In this document: positions 63,103 through 64,000 of the stretch, piece by piece | Layout: the number at the start of each line of letters is the position of its first letter | How positions within the stretch are numbered: position 1 is the first letter of the stretch | Source: Octopus bimaculoides | Taxonomy: Eukaryota | Reading direction: 5' to 3' | DNA: 64,000 bases | NCBI RefSeq assembly: GCF_001194135.2 | Contig: NC_068984.1 | Span: 10,794,601-10,858,600 of the forward strand | The notes under the pieces: model-generated | Database searches by the model: none | Told to the model about the DNA's origin: nothing | Seen by the model: only the letters and a program-made list of their open reading frames with translations | Translations under genes and position numbers: made by a program

Positions 63103-64000
63103 TGTATGTGCTTTAGTAACTATGGAAGACTGGTGGGATTATTATTTGTATGGACTAAAAGATTGGACGCTATTTAGTATATAATTTAGTTATTATAGGT
63201 TTACTATTAATACCAATACAGGTGTACATAGATTTATGTGTTTCTTGCTGTAGTTTAATTTTAAAATTAGTGTTCAATCCTGCATATATTTAGATTGAAT
63301 ACTGTTGTACAAATGTGTTTGAAATTATGGTGCTTTTAGTATGTTTGTTTCCAAACAACACTTCTTTTAGTGCTGTTGACACTGTTGGACTGAATGGTAC
63401 TGCCCAGGTGTCGAAACCATAATGATATCCGTGGGGCAGTTGATGATGGACATATGTTGGATTGCTGGTATGGCTGTAGAAAAGTATTATAACACATCCT
63501 TTTGATATAGATATATATATATATAAAACAGATGTGTTATAAAATTATTCCATATATATATTCTGTATATTCTATATTCTACTACATATATATATATAAC
63601 CTGATCTAACAAAATGAGACATGGGTGAAGAAGTGCCAGGAAATTCATGTGGATGGATTCAATGCAAGAGGAAGTCTAAGGGAGACTTGAGCAGAAGTGG
63701 TGAAGGCAAATCTCACAAAAGGGATTGTTTGTCATCTCTTTTGTGATTTTTGCCTTCACCATTTCTGCCCAATCATGAATGCAACAAGTAGTGGGATGCT
63801 GTGTTGGAGAGGACTCATCCAACCTATGCAAGCATGGGAAAATGGACATAAAAGTAATGATGATGATGATATATTTAAATATGTACATACATACATACAT
63901 ACATGTGTGTGTGTGTGTCCATGACATCATGCACTAATTGTAAACAAACTATGTTGTTTATTTGTAATCTTCTATAAAAACATGCCTGGCCATTGTGTTG

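Noticed and set aside
40337-64000. Next MAGI exon (expected GNxYGTPKP)
   Set aside because: No matching codon string was found by eye. It probably lies beyond the window or in a gap.

Overview
This is AT-rich, repeat-saturated eukaryotic genomic DNA from a gapped short-read scaffold (13 N-runs, most flanked by (TA)n). The repeat landscape suggests an octopod cephalopod (inference). The only host coding sequence I can support is two + strand exons of a MAGI-family scaffold gene: 9183-9296 and 40217-40336, encoding the start of the guanylate-kinase-like domain and separated by a 30.9-kb phase-1 intron. The rest is MAGI intron. It is filled with RTE-clade LINE fragments and dozens of their 3' tails, several modular tRNA-derived SINE families, R4/Dong-type retrotransposon 3' ends sitting in (AAT)n, Penelope-like (PLE) remnants, a Helentron-type non-autonomous element, and piggyBac-, hAT- and Tc1/mariner-like MITEs. 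The best leads are: (1) a PLE-associated minimal hammerhead-like fold with a non-canonical core (CUG-U-N-GA-A, palindromic ACGU stem III) in three copies; (2) an RTE 3' UTR built from variable hairpin-bearing VNTR units; (3) a SINE+LINE-tail composite that seems to have amplified as a unit; (4) several long foldbacks that would form dsRNA in the MAGI pre-mRNA. All family names come from by-eye translation and recall, not from database searches.
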